Assembly (NCBI GenBank): GCA_027492035.1
Contig: JAOZFT010000002.1
Span: 1 to 34,231, forward strand
DNA length: 34,231 bases
Direction: 5' to 3'
DNA from: Thermoproteota archaeon
GTDB lineage: Archaea; Korarchaeota; JAOZGF01; JAOZFZ01
Shown here: piece after piece, positions 18,405 to 27,390 of the stretch
Numbering within the stretch: position 1 is the first letter of the stretch
Layout of the letters: every line of letters begins with the position of its first letter
Program-made: the position numbers and the translations under genes
The notes under the pieces: generated by a model
What the model was told of the DNA's origin: nothing
The model's database searches: none
The model's input: the letters and a program-made list of their open reading frames with translations, nothing else

Positions 18405-19268
18405 TTAAGAAATTAATTTTAAATTTCTATTTATGATCAAAAACAAACTCGCTACTATTATTAGGATGCCTCCTGCAACAGTTTGAGTTGGAGGTATTTC
18501 TGAAAAGAAAATAAAGGCGTAAAAAATTGCACTTAAAGGATCTAGGTAACTTAATAAACTTGCTGTTGAGGCTTCAACAGTTTTTAAGCCTTTAAAGTAA
18601 AGGGAGAGAGCAAGAGCTGTATGGATTAAACCCATTGTCACCACCGCAGCTAAACCCTCCCTTGTGTAACTTGCTTTATTAACAAAAAAGAAGGGAAGCA
18701 GAATCAAAGCTGAAATGGATACCTGGTAAAAAGTAAGTACGTCTTCAGGTATTTCTTTCAAGTACCTCCCAAGAATTGTTAAAAAAGCATAAAAAAACGC
18801 AGCCAATAAACCGAAGAGTACACCGATAAAGTCTTTACTTGTAAAAGAAAAATTGTTCCCTGAAGCAATTAATGTTACACCAGAAACAGCTAATATTAAA
18901 GAAAATAAAACCTGCAACTTTAGTTTTTCTTTCAGTAGGAAAGGAGAAAGAGCAACCACTATAACTGGGGCAGTGTAATAACTAAGAATAGCATTCGCAA
19001 TAGAAGTTATCAAAACTGCCTTAAACAAGAAAACCCAATTTAAAGCCAAGCATAAACTTATCAGGAAAACAAAACCCTTCTTTTCTTGAATTTTTAATGA
19101 ATTAAACCCTTTCTTAAAAAGTATAATTGGAAATAATGAAACTGAAGCAACTAAAACTCTAAAGAAAACTATGAGAGTGGAAGGTAAGCCTGTCCATCTC
19201 GCAAAAATTGTGACACTTCCCCAAATCAGCATAGAAACAATTATTAGAAACATTCCTCCCCCTTTCAT
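18405..19268 (-). CDS. DMT/EamA family transporter
   Basis: About 10 TM segments in two EamA repeats (IWG..., YTAP...LKE, YLDP...F.E). Confidence 0.9.
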   Translation of the reverse strand: MKGGGMFLIIVSMLIWGSVTIFARWTGLPSTLIVFFRVLVASVSLFPIILFKKGFNSLKIQEKKGFVFLISLCLALNWVFLFKAVLITSIANAILSYYTAPVIVVALSPFLLKEKLKLQVLFSLILAVSGVTLIASGNNFSFTSKDFIGVLFGLLAAFFYAFLTILGRYLKEIPEDVLTFYQVSISALILLPFFFVNKASYTREGLAAVVTMGLIHTALALSLYFKGLKTVEASTASLLSYLDPLSAIFYAFIFFSEIPPTQTVAGGILIIVASLFLIINRNLKLIS

Positions 19269-19470
19269 TCATTAACAACCCTAAAGTTTTTACTTTTCCA
19301 CGAAACAAAAACCCAATTCAAAAATTTATTTTCTTCTAAAATCTAAAACCGTTTGAACTTTCCTATTATTGTTTGCTTATCGAAAAACTTTTTATAAGTT
19401 CTTTATATGCTTTCACAATATCCCATGAACCGTCAAAAAAAAGTGAATTAGTTAATGGAGGTTAAATGAA

Positions 19471-20346
19471 TTGAAAATCACCGTTACTGGCGGTAAAGGG
19501 GGAACAGGTAAATCTACAGTAGCTGTTAACTTAGCGGTTGAACTAAGTAAAAAGTTTAAGCTTGTTTTAGCCGATTTAGATGTTGAAGCCCCAAATGACC
19601 ACATCCTTCTCTCTAAAAAGCTGCAAAACATAGAAAGGGTACATATTATGCACCCTTTAATTGACAGAGAAAAATGTTTAAAATGTGGCTTATGCGTAGA
19701 AGTTTGTGAAGAACATGCATTGTTTAAAATGGCTGACGGTTCACCTTTTCTCTTACCTAATCTCTGTTCAGGCTGCAAAACATGCCTATTAGCTTGTCCA
19801 CTAAAGGCAATAAAAGAAGGCAAAAAATTAGTTGGTAACACATACAAAACAGAAATATTTTTTAACGGTTTCGGTTTTGAATTGGTTACCGGTGTTTTGA
19901 AAGAGGGTGAAGAGAAAGCTTATCCTGTGGTTTTAGCTGCTAGAGAAAGGGCTATTAACTTAAATAAAGAAATTTTAATAGTGGATACATCAGCCGGTAC
20001 AGGTAACACAGTAGCTGCTGCAATGGAAGACTCAGACTTAGTTATTGCCGTAACTGAACCGACACCGTTAGGACTTCATGATTTAAAGTTAATACTTCAA
20101 TTAACTGAAAAAATGGGTTACAGAAAAACAATTTTCTTGAACAGGTCAACTTTAGGAGTAAAAGAAGAAGTTAAGAAAATAGCTATAGAACATGAAACCA
20201 AAATAATAGCTGAAATGCCTTACAGTAAAGAAATATTACATTCCTACATTGAAGGAGTACCTATAACTGTCAAAAAACCTGAATCAAAAGAAGCAGAAAT
20301 TTTCAGGGAGCTTGCTAAAAAAATAATAAAGAAAATAGATGAATAA
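19471..20346 (+). CDS. MinD-superfamily P-loop ATPase with inserted 2x[4Fe-4S] ferredoxin domain (COG1149)
   Basis: GGKGGTGKST, DLDVEAPN, CLKCGLCVEVC and CSGCKTCLLACP, DTSAGTG, VTEPTPLG; TTG start after GGAGG. Confidence 0.9.
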   Translation: MKITVTGGKGGTGKSTVAVNLAVELSKKFKLVLADLDVEAPNDHILLSKKLQNIERVHIMHPLIDREKCLKCGLCVEVCEEHALFKMADGSPFLLPNLCSGCKTCLLACPLKAIKEGKKLVGNTYKTEIFFNGFGFELVTGVLKEGEEKAYPVVLAARERAINLNKEILIVDTSAGTGNTVAAAMEDSDLVIAVTEPTPLGLHDLKLILQLTEKMGYRKTIFLNRSTLGVKEEVKKIAIEHETKIIAEMPYSKEILHSYIEGVPITVKKPESKEAEIFRELAKKIIKKIDE

Positions 20347-20348
20347 AA

Positions 20349-21236
20349 ATGCAAATAGTTATCGCAAGTGGTAAAGGGGGAGTAGGGAAATCAATATTCA
20401 CCTCCTCCCTAATATATTTTCTGAAAGATAAATTTAAACTAGTAGCTGTTGACGCTGATGCTGAAGCGCCTAACCTCCACTTAATCTTTAACGTGGACAA
20501 CTGGCTGGAAGAAAAGAGTTTAACAGGGGGGAAAATAGCTGAAATAAACAGTGAAAAATGCATAAACTGCAGTTTGTGCATAAAAAACTGCACCTACAAA
20601 GCAGTGAAAAAATTAAGTAATAAAGAAAAACCTGTAGTGAATAAATTAATTTGTGAAGGCTGTGGAGCATGCAAAATAGTATGTCCAGTAAAAGCTGTAA
20701 CTCTTAAAGAAGCTAAGTCAGGAACTATAAGAAAAACAGTTACAACATACGGTTTCCCTTTAATTTCAGCCCAGCTTGATGTTGGAAGACCTAACTCTGG
20801 AAAACTTGTAACTGAAGAAAAAAAATGGGCAAAAGAAACAGCTGACGAAAAAACCCATATTCTCGTTGACTCAGCAGCAGGAATAGGTTGCCAAGTTATT
20901 GCTTCAGTTTCAGGGGCAGACTTAGCGATTTTAGTGGCTGAACCGACAAAATCAAGTTTACATGATTTAAAAAGGGTTCACAAAGTCGTAGAACACTTCA
21001 AAATACCTTCCCTTTTTGTAGTAAATAAATATAACCTAAACCCTAGCTTTAAAGGAGTAGAAAAGTATGCCGAAGAGAAAAAATCAAAAATTTTAGGTAA
21101 AATCCCCTACGACGCAAAAGTTCCTCAATCAATAATCTTAAGGAGGCCTCTTCCAGAAGTTTTCCCAGAAACAGAAGCAAGTAAAGTAATTAAAGAAATA
21201 GGGAAAAAAATAGAGTGCATACTTAAGGAAGAGTAA
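20349..21236 (+). CDS. MinD-superfamily P-loop ATPase with inserted ferredoxin domain (second paralogue)
   Basis: SGKGGVGKS, DADAEAPN, CINCSLCIKNC, CEGCGACKIVCP, SGKLV, GIGC; 2-bp gap to its partner. Confidence 0.9.
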   Translation: MQIVIASGKGGVGKSIFTSSLIYFLKDKFKLVAVDADAEAPNLHLIFNVDNWLEEKSLTGGKIAEINSEKCINCSLCIKNCTYKAVKKLSNKEKPVVNKLICEGCGACKIVCPVKAVTLKEAKSGTIRKTVTTYGFPLISAQLDVGRPNSGKLVTEEKKWAKETADEKTHILVDSAAGIGCQVIASVSGADLAILVAEPTKSSLHDLKRVHKVVEHFKIPSLFVVNKYNLNPSFKGVEKYAEEKKSKILGKIPYDAKVPQSIILRRPLPEVFPETEASKVIKEIGKKIECILKEE

Positions 21237-21278
21237 AAAAAGAAGGAAAAAGAAGTAAAAGATGCACTAAGGAAGTTT

Positions 21279-21635
21279 TTAAGAAAAATTACTTTTTAAA
21301 GCTTTTCCAAGGGACCTTAGAAGAGCTATTACAAACCCTAATCCTCTTTTAACGTCAGGGTCTCTAAGTTCACCTAAAAGCCCGAAAACACCTACTTCCT
21401 TCGGTTCTTTAGGTACTTCACCTAATGACTTAAGCAAGGTGTCAACGTTATCCAAAAGTTTCAATGTTCCTTTATTGAGTATTAATGAACTTAATCCACC
21501 TATTACTTCAGGCTCCAATAAATGGTTTAAAGTGTCAAGTATACCCATTTCATTCAATTTCATCAAGAAACACAAAGTTTTCTTGAGAGCATCCGTTTCA
21601 TTTTCACTTAATTCTTCCAGAACTTTGCTAGCCAC
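21279..21635 (-). CDS. DUF1641 family protein
   Basis: C-terminal VGVFGLLGELRDPDVKRGLGF signature; GTG 21635 preceded by GGAGGT, 22 bp after the sqr stop. Confidence 0.85.
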   Translation of the reverse strand: MASKVLEELSENETDALKKTLCFLMKLNEMGILDTLNHLLEPEVIGGLSSLILNKGTLKLLDNVDTLLKSLGEVPKEPKEVGVFGLLGELRDPDVKRGLGFVIALLRSLGKALKSNFS

Positions 21636-21657
21636 TCTATTTACCTCCACTTCGCTG

Positions 21658-22836
21658 TTACCATCCTTCCTTACCAAGTACTTCAGGGTTGGTGGCTTCA
21701 AAATAAGCTTTAAATATTGGCTCCCATAGTTCTGGGTAACGGATTGCATCCCAATAAGTGGCTACAAATAAATCCTCCATTAAACGTTTAAATTTAGACA
21801 GCTTAACAGGGACAGGCGGGTGGTCGTAGTCACTTATGATAAAAAGACCTGTGCCATTAGTCAATAGGGGACAGTTAGTTCTTCCACTATATTTTGCGTC
21901 GAAACCCTGTAGTCGAGACGCGACAGTTTCAGCTTGGAGATGTGCAGTGACACCGCTTTTAGATGTGGGAGCGTTTGTGCAGTCTCCTATTGCGTAAGCA
22001 TCATCAAACCCTTCAACTTTACTGGTGTATTTGTCAATTTTTATGTAGTTGCTGTCATCCTTAACTTCTGCAGGTTTAACCTCGTACTCTGGGCCTTCAT
22101 GGATAGGGATAACAACTGCAACTTCGTAATTAATTTCTTCTCCTTCTACACTAAATATTTTCTTGTTTTTAGTGTCTATGCTATCTACAGTAAAGAAGGT
22201 GTGGACTTCTATCCCTTCCTTTCTCAATTCAGGTTCAATTATGTCGCTTATAACTTTTGAAGAATAGGCATGGGGGAAAGGCAGGGCTAGAATTACTTTA
22301 ACTTTTTCCTTCAACCCCCTTTTAGCGAAGAATTTACTTGAAAGAAAGGCCCCCTTCTGAGGAGCTGGTGGACACATATAAATTGGGTCAGCTACTGCAA
22401 TTACAAAGTTTCCTTCTTTCATGCCCATTAAAGTATTGTGAAGTTTAGCTGCGTTTTCAGGTCCGCTGTAATAGTCCCCGAATTTGTTTAATAACTCAGT
22501 GTTTCCAGATATTGCATCATAGTCTAGATGAGCACCAGTAGCTATTGCTACATAGTCGTATTCGATTTCTTTCCCTTTAGTTTTAATTTTTCGTTCATTT
22601 AAATCTAAACTTATAATTTCATCATGGAGAAACTTAATGTGTGGTTTAAGTAATTCCTTAAGCGGCTTCATGTATCTTTCTTTTTTATGACCCATGAAGG
22701 CTATAAATAAGTTTCCAGGTAAGAAAACATGGTTTTCCTTTTTATCAATAACTGTTACATCGAATTCGTCCTTGGGAAGTAAATTAGCAAGTATTGCTCC
22801 TCCGCCGCCTCCTCCAAGAATTACTACTTTCTTCAT
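21658..22836 (-). CDS. sqr: Sulfide:quinone oxidoreductase-like FAD-dependent oxidoreductase
   Basis: VVILGGGGGG FAD loop, YDYVAIATG, YMCPPAP and GRTNCP cysteines, AIGD, SKSG..AH.QA. Confidence 0.85.
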   Translation of the reverse strand: MKKVVILGGGGGGAILANLLPKDEFDVTVIDKKENHVFLPGNLFIAFMGHKKERYMKPLKELLKPHIKFLHDEIISLDLNERKIKTKGKEIEYDYVAIATGAHLDYDAISGNTELLNKFGDYYSGPENAAKLHNTLMGMKEGNFVIAVADPIYMCPPAPQKGAFLSSKFFAKRGLKEKVKVILALPFPHAYSSKVISDIIEPELRKEGIEVHTFFTVDSIDTKNKKIFSVEGEEINYEVAVVIPIHEGPEYEVKPAEVKDDSNYIKIDKYTSKVEGFDDAYAIGDCTNAPTSKSGVTAHLQAETVASRLQGFDAKYSGRTNCPLLTNGTGLFIISDYDHPPVPVKLSKFKRLMEDLFVATYWDAIRYPELWEPIFKAYFEATNPEVLGKEGW

Positions 22837-22885
22837 TTATACCGCCCAGCTTATTTTTGGAAAAAGAAGAAAAAAGAAGGAGAAC

Positions 22886-23122
22886 TTAAGTTTTCTTAGC
22901 TGTTACTTTTATTGATGCTTTAATATAGTCTTTTTCTTCCGTTAATTCTGTTAATTCATTACCTGTCCTTTTAACCCATGCTTGAACATCTGGCTTAAAT
23001 CCAGGGTCTGTAGCTAATACTTCTAGAATGTCGCCATTCTTGGCTTTACGGTAAGCTTTAGTTAAGGCTGAAATAGGCCCAGGGCAAGCCATACCTCTTG
23101 CGTCAACTCTAATTACAGCCAT
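22886..23122 (-). CDS. tusA: Sulfurtransferase TusA/SirA family
   Basis: VDARGMACPGP, LEVLATDPG..D..AW...GN. Confidence 0.93.
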   Translation of the reverse strand: MAVIRVDARGMACPGPISALTKAYRKAKNGDILEVLATDPGFKPDVQAWVKRTGNELTELTEEKDYIKASIKVTAKKT

Positions 23123-23138
23123 TTTGCTTCACCGCTTT

Positions 23139-23546
23139 TTAAATGAAGATTATTTCATAGTCAGCAGTTTCCTGCATGAAAAATGTGGCTCCGACGACGT
23201 CATCCACAATAGGGTCCATATCCCCTTTTTCGACGCCCACTACTCCAGCCATTAAGGAACAGACGTAAACTTTTACGTCACCTACTTCTTTAGCTTCCTT
23301 TAACATATCGTACCAAGAAGGGGCCTTCATTTTCTCTAACCCTTTATGAACAGCGGGAACCATGTCTTCAAATTCCTTTGGAAATCTTGGCTCTGGCTTA
23401 TTTTTTGTGAAGTAGGGCAGTGCAAAACCTGTCACGAATACACGGACAGGCACTCCGAGGTTAGCAGCTGTTTGAGTTAATACTCCCAACGGGATAAAAC
23501 AATCTGCGGTTCCGGAAAACATAACTATACCTAATCCCTTCGCCAT
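23139..23546 (-). CDS. DsrE/DsrF-like (DsrE2-type) sulfur carrier protein
   Basis: I..FSGT.D, VFVTGFAL, VKVYVCSLM, DDVVGATFF, IIFI end; ATG 23546 after GGTGA (ORF is open from 23558). Confidence 0.85.
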   Translation of the reverse strand: MAKGLGIVMFSGTADCFIPLGVLTQTAANLGVPVRVFVTGFALPYFTKNKPEPRFPKEFEDMVPAVHKGLEKMKAPSWYDMLKEAKEVGDVKVYVCSLMAGVVGVEKGDMDPIVDDVVGATFFMQETADYEIIFI

Positions 23547-23857
23547 GTTGTTCACCATTTTTAAAGGTTTTAGATATTCCTATATAAAATTTTTGCTTTT
23601 AAACTTTTCTTGTAGAAATAATTTTCAATCTATAATTCAATTCCTTTTTTTAGATTCATTTTTTAACCTAGTAAGAAAATTAAAAAGCTATATAAAACGT
23701 TCCCCTATTATTACTTAACAATTCTAGCTTTGATCAGGTAAATTACCAATGTTACATAGACTTATCGGAAATAGAAAAAGTAAATAAAAGAAAGGGTTAA
23801 TGTAAAAAATTTAAAAGGTTAAGTTTTAAATTTACTGAGTCGAAACCGGAAATAAGG

Positions 23858-24172
23858 ATGAGTGATAAAATGGTAAATAAAAAAGATGTTTTTGAAGCTT
23901 TAAGAGAAGTCAAGGACCCAGAAATAGGGTTAGATGTAGTAAGTCTAGGTTTAATTTATAAAGTGGAAGTGAAAGATAGCTCAGTGTATATTTTAATGAC
24001 GATGACGACACCTGCTTGTCCTTTAACATGGGCACTTCTGAAAGAAGTGGAGGAGAAAGTTAAACAGATAAAGGATGTAGAAAAAGTGAAGGTTGATTTA
24101 ACGTTTAATCCTCCATGGACCCCGGATATGATGTCTGATGAAGCAAAAAAAAGATTAGGTTTCCAGCATTGA
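23858..24172 (+). CDS. Metal-sulfur cluster assembly factor (SufT/DUF59/MIP18 family)
   Basis: V.DPEIGLDVVSLGLIY, MTMTTPACP, TFNPPWTPDMMS. Confidence 0.93.
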   Translation: MSDKMVNKKDVFEALREVKDPEIGLDVVSLGLIYKVEVKDSSVYILMTMTTPACPLTWALLKEVEEKVKQIKDVEKVKVDLTFNPPWTPDMMSDEAKKRLGFQH

Positions 24173-24218
24173 TTTCTTAAAGGGTTAAAGAAGTAAAGCT
24201 GTTAAAAAAGCTGTTTAT

Positions 24219-25400
24219 ATGTTTTCAGAATTAATTTTTGAGTTAGTAAGGGAGGTTGGCCCGAGGCCTCCAGGAAGCGTTGCAGAAAAGAAGGCTGCTT
24301 ACTGGATAATGCATAAATTTGGAGAGTATACACCGGAAGTTAAAGTTGAAAAGTTCCAAACTTGTCCTAGAGCTCTTCAAAACCTTATAGATTTCGTTGT
24401 TTATAGTTACCTTGTTTCTGTTTTTCTTTACTTTATCCAGCCAATATTTTCGCTTCTCTTACCTTTAACAAGCCTTTTAATTCTTTACTTGACAAGGTTT
24501 AAGGGGATGGAGATACTTGATAAATTTGCTTCTAAAGCTGAGTCGCAAAACGTAATAGCTATTTTTAAACCTGTAAGGGAAAATAGGGAAGCAAGAAAAT
24601 TGATTTTTTCAGGGCATCATGACAGTGCTTACTTTATGCCTCTTTTCCAGAAAAAATACTTAAGGTTTATCCCTTTAATAATTAAAACCGCTATTTTTGG
24701 GATTTTTTCTTTAATATTTATTTCTTTTTTCAAATTTTTAGTTTTAGAAGGTTTTAGTTTTTGCAACATAAAAATTTTCAATTACTCAATTTATGACTTA
24801 CTTATTTATGTGCCGTTAGTAGGGTTAGGTTCCGCTTTATTTTTTAAATTCAACACAGTAACTAATGTTCCAGTAATTGGAGCCAATGATAACCTGTCCT
24901 CTATAGCTGTTCTTATAGGATTAGCGGATGCTCTTTCAAGAAAGAAGACAGAGAAAACTGAAATCTGGCTTGTTTCATTCGGTTCAGAAGAACCAGGCTT
25001 AAAAGGATCAAGAAGATTTGTTAAGAAACATATTGATGAGTTAAGGAACTCCTACTTAGTGAACATGGAAATGGTTGGTAAAGGAGACTTAATTGTTTTA
25101 AGAGCTGAAAAATCAGTAGGTGCAAAACATTCAAGTGAAGCAGTGAAGATAGTTTTGGAAGCAGCTGAAAAAACTAATTTAAAAATAAAGGATTCAATTA
25201 TTGGTTTTGGGGACACTGACGCTTCATCTTTCACAAGAAAAGGGTTAAAAGCAACTACTGTAATGGGAGTTAACAAAAACAACATTCCATTCTATGCCCA
25301 CACATGGGAAGATAAACCTGAAAATGTTGAAGAAAAAAATTTGCAGGAAACATTGAAATTGTGTCTTTCAATAATTGAAGTAGTTGAAAAACGAAACTGA
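24219..25400 (+). CDS. Membrane-bound M28 family metallopeptidase
   Basis: PRPPGS..E, GHHDS, GANDN, EEPG, MEMVG, TDA, HT..D ligands; TM segments inserted in the catalytic domain. Confidence 0.87.
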   Translation: MFSELIFELVREVGPRPPGSVAEKKAAYWIMHKFGEYTPEVKVEKFQTCPRALQNLIDFVVYSYLVSVFLYFIQPIFSLLLPLTSLLILYLTRFKGMEILDKFASKAESQNVIAIFKPVRENREARKLIFSGHHDSAYFMPLFQKKYLRFIPLIIKTAIFGIFSLIFISFFKFLVLEGFSFCNIKIFNYSIYDLLIYVPLVGLGSALFFKFNTVTNVPVIGANDNLSSIAVLIGLADALSRKKTEKTEIWLVSFGSEEPGLKGSRRFVKKHIDELRNSYLVNMEMVGKGDLIVLRAEKSVGAKHSSEAVKIVLEAAEKTNLKIKDSIIGFGDTDASSFTRKGLKATTVMGVNKNNIPFYAHTWEDKPENVEEKNLQETLKLCLSIIEVVEKRN

Positions 25401-25420
25401 TTCTTTGTTAGGTGGAGTAA

Positions 25421-26263
25421 ATGTTTATTTTAGGGCTGTGTGGAAGCTACAGGAAATTAGGAAACAGTGAAGTATTGGTTAAAGAAGCTTTAGCAGCTGT
25501 TAAAAGAGAAGGTGCAGAAACAAAGTTTTTAAGATTAACTGATTACGAGATTAAGCAATGCAAAGGATGCTTAGCATGTGTTTTTAAAAAAGAAGAATGT
25601 AAAATACCGGATGACTGGATGAAACTTAAAAACTTAGTTTTAAAAGCTGACGGTTTAATAGTTAGTGCACCGACTTATTTTTTAGGTCCGCCTGGGATAA
25701 TTAAGTTGATTATAGATCGAAATATTTCTTTGTATGGAAAATTAATTGAAATAAACAGGAAACCGGCAGGTGTAATCGGTGTAGCTGGAGTTAAGGGGTG
25801 GGCTCCTTTTACTTTACCGCTTCTAAACCTTTTTGTTTTAACTTTCGGTTTTGAAGCAGTAGATCAATTCCTTACTTACGCTCAAGGCCCAGGTGAAGTT
25901 GTTCTTAATGAAGAAAATCTGGAAAGAGCCAGAAAGTTAGGTTTAAACGTTTACTACTCCATAAAAAATCATGATTTAATGTTTAAGGGAGAGAGGAACA
26001 TTTGTCCTGTTTGCCACCAAAACATTTTCGCAGTGAAAACTGGAAAAATTCTTGAATGTAGCCTTTGTCAAGTGAAATTAAATTTTGAAACAAGTGGGGG
26101 AGAAATGAAGCTCGTATACAGTGAAGAAAACTTAAACGAGAACAGGTGGGGTGCGGAAAAATTAGCTGAACATTTTTTCCAGGCAATTCTTCCATCGTTT
26201 AGTAGATACCGTAAAAACATAAAGGAAATAAAGGAGAAATGCCGAAAATACTTATCCTTTTAA
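25421..26263 (+). CDS. Iron-sulfur flavoprotein / flavodoxin-like FMN reductase with C-terminal Zn-ribbon
   Basis: GSYRK.GNS, CKGCLAC..EC, APTYF, IDR; additional CPVC and CSLC. Confidence 0.87.
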   Translation: MFILGLCGSYRKLGNSEVLVKEALAAVKREGAETKFLRLTDYEIKQCKGCLACVFKKEECKIPDDWMKLKNLVLKADGLIVSAPTYFLGPPGIIKLIIDRNISLYGKLIEINRKPAGVIGVAGVKGWAPFTLPLLNLFVLTFGFEAVDQFLTYAQGPGEVVLNEENLERARKLGLNVYYSIKNHDLMFKGERNICPVCHQNIFAVKTGKILECSLCQVKLNFETSGGEMKLVYSEENLNENRWGAEKLAEHFFQAILPSFSRYRKNIKEIKEKCRKYLSF

Positions 26264-26327
26264 CCCCAAATTGCCTTATCTTACCTCTGCTCTCTCTAAG
26301 TTTCTTCAATATTTCTTCCTTACTCAT
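26241..26327 (-). pseudogene. N-terminal stump of a minimal nucleotidyltransferase (MNT) antitoxin
   Basis: ATG 26327 after AGGTGG gives MSKEEILKKLRESRGKIRQFGVKRISIFG; similarity ends just before the expected GS.AR motif. Confidence 0.7.
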
Positions 26328-26794
26328 ACTTTCCACCTTTTTAGGCTTTGTCTCCCTCACTCATTAATTTATGAAGCATCATTTTGGGATGAAAAGCAAG
26401 AACTTCAGCCGTAGCATATCCAAAATTTGTTGAAAGGTTGTTAAAACAGCTATTAGACATTCAAAAATCTTAGCAAATCATTGTAGTAATCCCCTTTTCC
26501 TTTAGATATTTCTCTGCAAGTTCCTTATATTTTTTCGTTTCTTCTTTTATTGTTTCTCTTTTCTCCCTCTGCTTTCCATACAAGAGATCAAAAAAATTAT
26601 CTTATCATATGATAAAGCTGTTGTTTGGGTTTAAAGGTTTATCAATATTTTCCATTGTGGACTATCGATTATACTTTCGTTAATTTTTTAATTTTTAGGA
26701 ATAAACTGTTCCTTTAAAACTTAGATGAAATTTAAAGAATGAAATCCATGTTTCAGGTGATGCAGAAACGAGTTTCGTTAAAAAAGTTTCTATA

Positions 26795-27337
26795 GTGAGT
26801 TTTAAAAGGGACATACACGGCATAGGGAATTTTGAAGCAGTGGTTAAAACCGACAAGCCAATAAGGGAAGTTATTCCTGCTTTAATTTTTAAGTTTCCAC
26901 CTGGAGTAGTGAATTACTCAAAGAGTGACGGTACACTTACCACCCGTGTAAGAAGGAAACTTGTTGCGTTTTATCCTTCCGGAGAAATAGCTATTTCACC
27001 TGTCAAAGGTAAAAGTGAATTAATGGAGTTTTCTGAGAGAATACTTAAAATAATCAATGAAGCATATGAAGAATTGAAAAGGAACGGCCCACCTACAGAG
27101 AAAGAACTAAAAGCCTTAAAAAAATTAAGTCCATTAACTCTCTATAAGTACCTTCCAAAAACTAATTGCAGGGAATGCGGGGAACCTACTTGTTTCGCTT
27201 TCGCAACAAAAGTTATAACTGGCGAAGCTAAAATTTCCCTTTGTAAACCATTAAATACAGATAAGTACAGGGTAAATATAAAGAAGTTGAAAAAAGATTT
27301 CGGTGAAAGAATAGCTAATTCTTTAGGGTGTTTTTAG
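26795..27337 (+). CDS. Fe-S binding protein (N-terminal TBP-like domain plus C-terminal FeS 4Fe-4S domain)
   Basis: LYKYLPKTNCRECGEPTCFAFA...C..L is the CxxCxxxxC...C FeS domain as in RnfB/CdhE N-termini; LVAFYPSGEIAI lies in the N-domain. Confidence 0.85.
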   Translation: MSFKRDIHGIGNFEAVVKTDKPIREVIPALIFKFPPGVVNYSKSDGTLTTRVRRKLVAFYPSGEIAISPVKGKSELMEFSERILKIINEAYEELKRNGPPTEKELKALKKLSPLTLYKYLPKTNCRECGEPTCFAFATKVITGEAKISLCKPLNTDKYRVNIKKLKKDFGERIANSLGCF

Positions 27338-27390
27338 CAGCTTTTAGAAAATTTCTAGATTTAAAATTAAGAATATAGAGAATAAGTTAG

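Noticed and set aside
21636-21749. Longer N-terminus for DUF1641 (156 aa)
   Set aside because: It overlaps sqr by about 90 bp; GTG 21635 has a GGAGGT RBS and fits better.
23559-23857. Possible SurR site (GTT-N3-AAC) upstream of the sulfur operon
   Set aside because: No exact GTT-N3-AAC match was found by eye.
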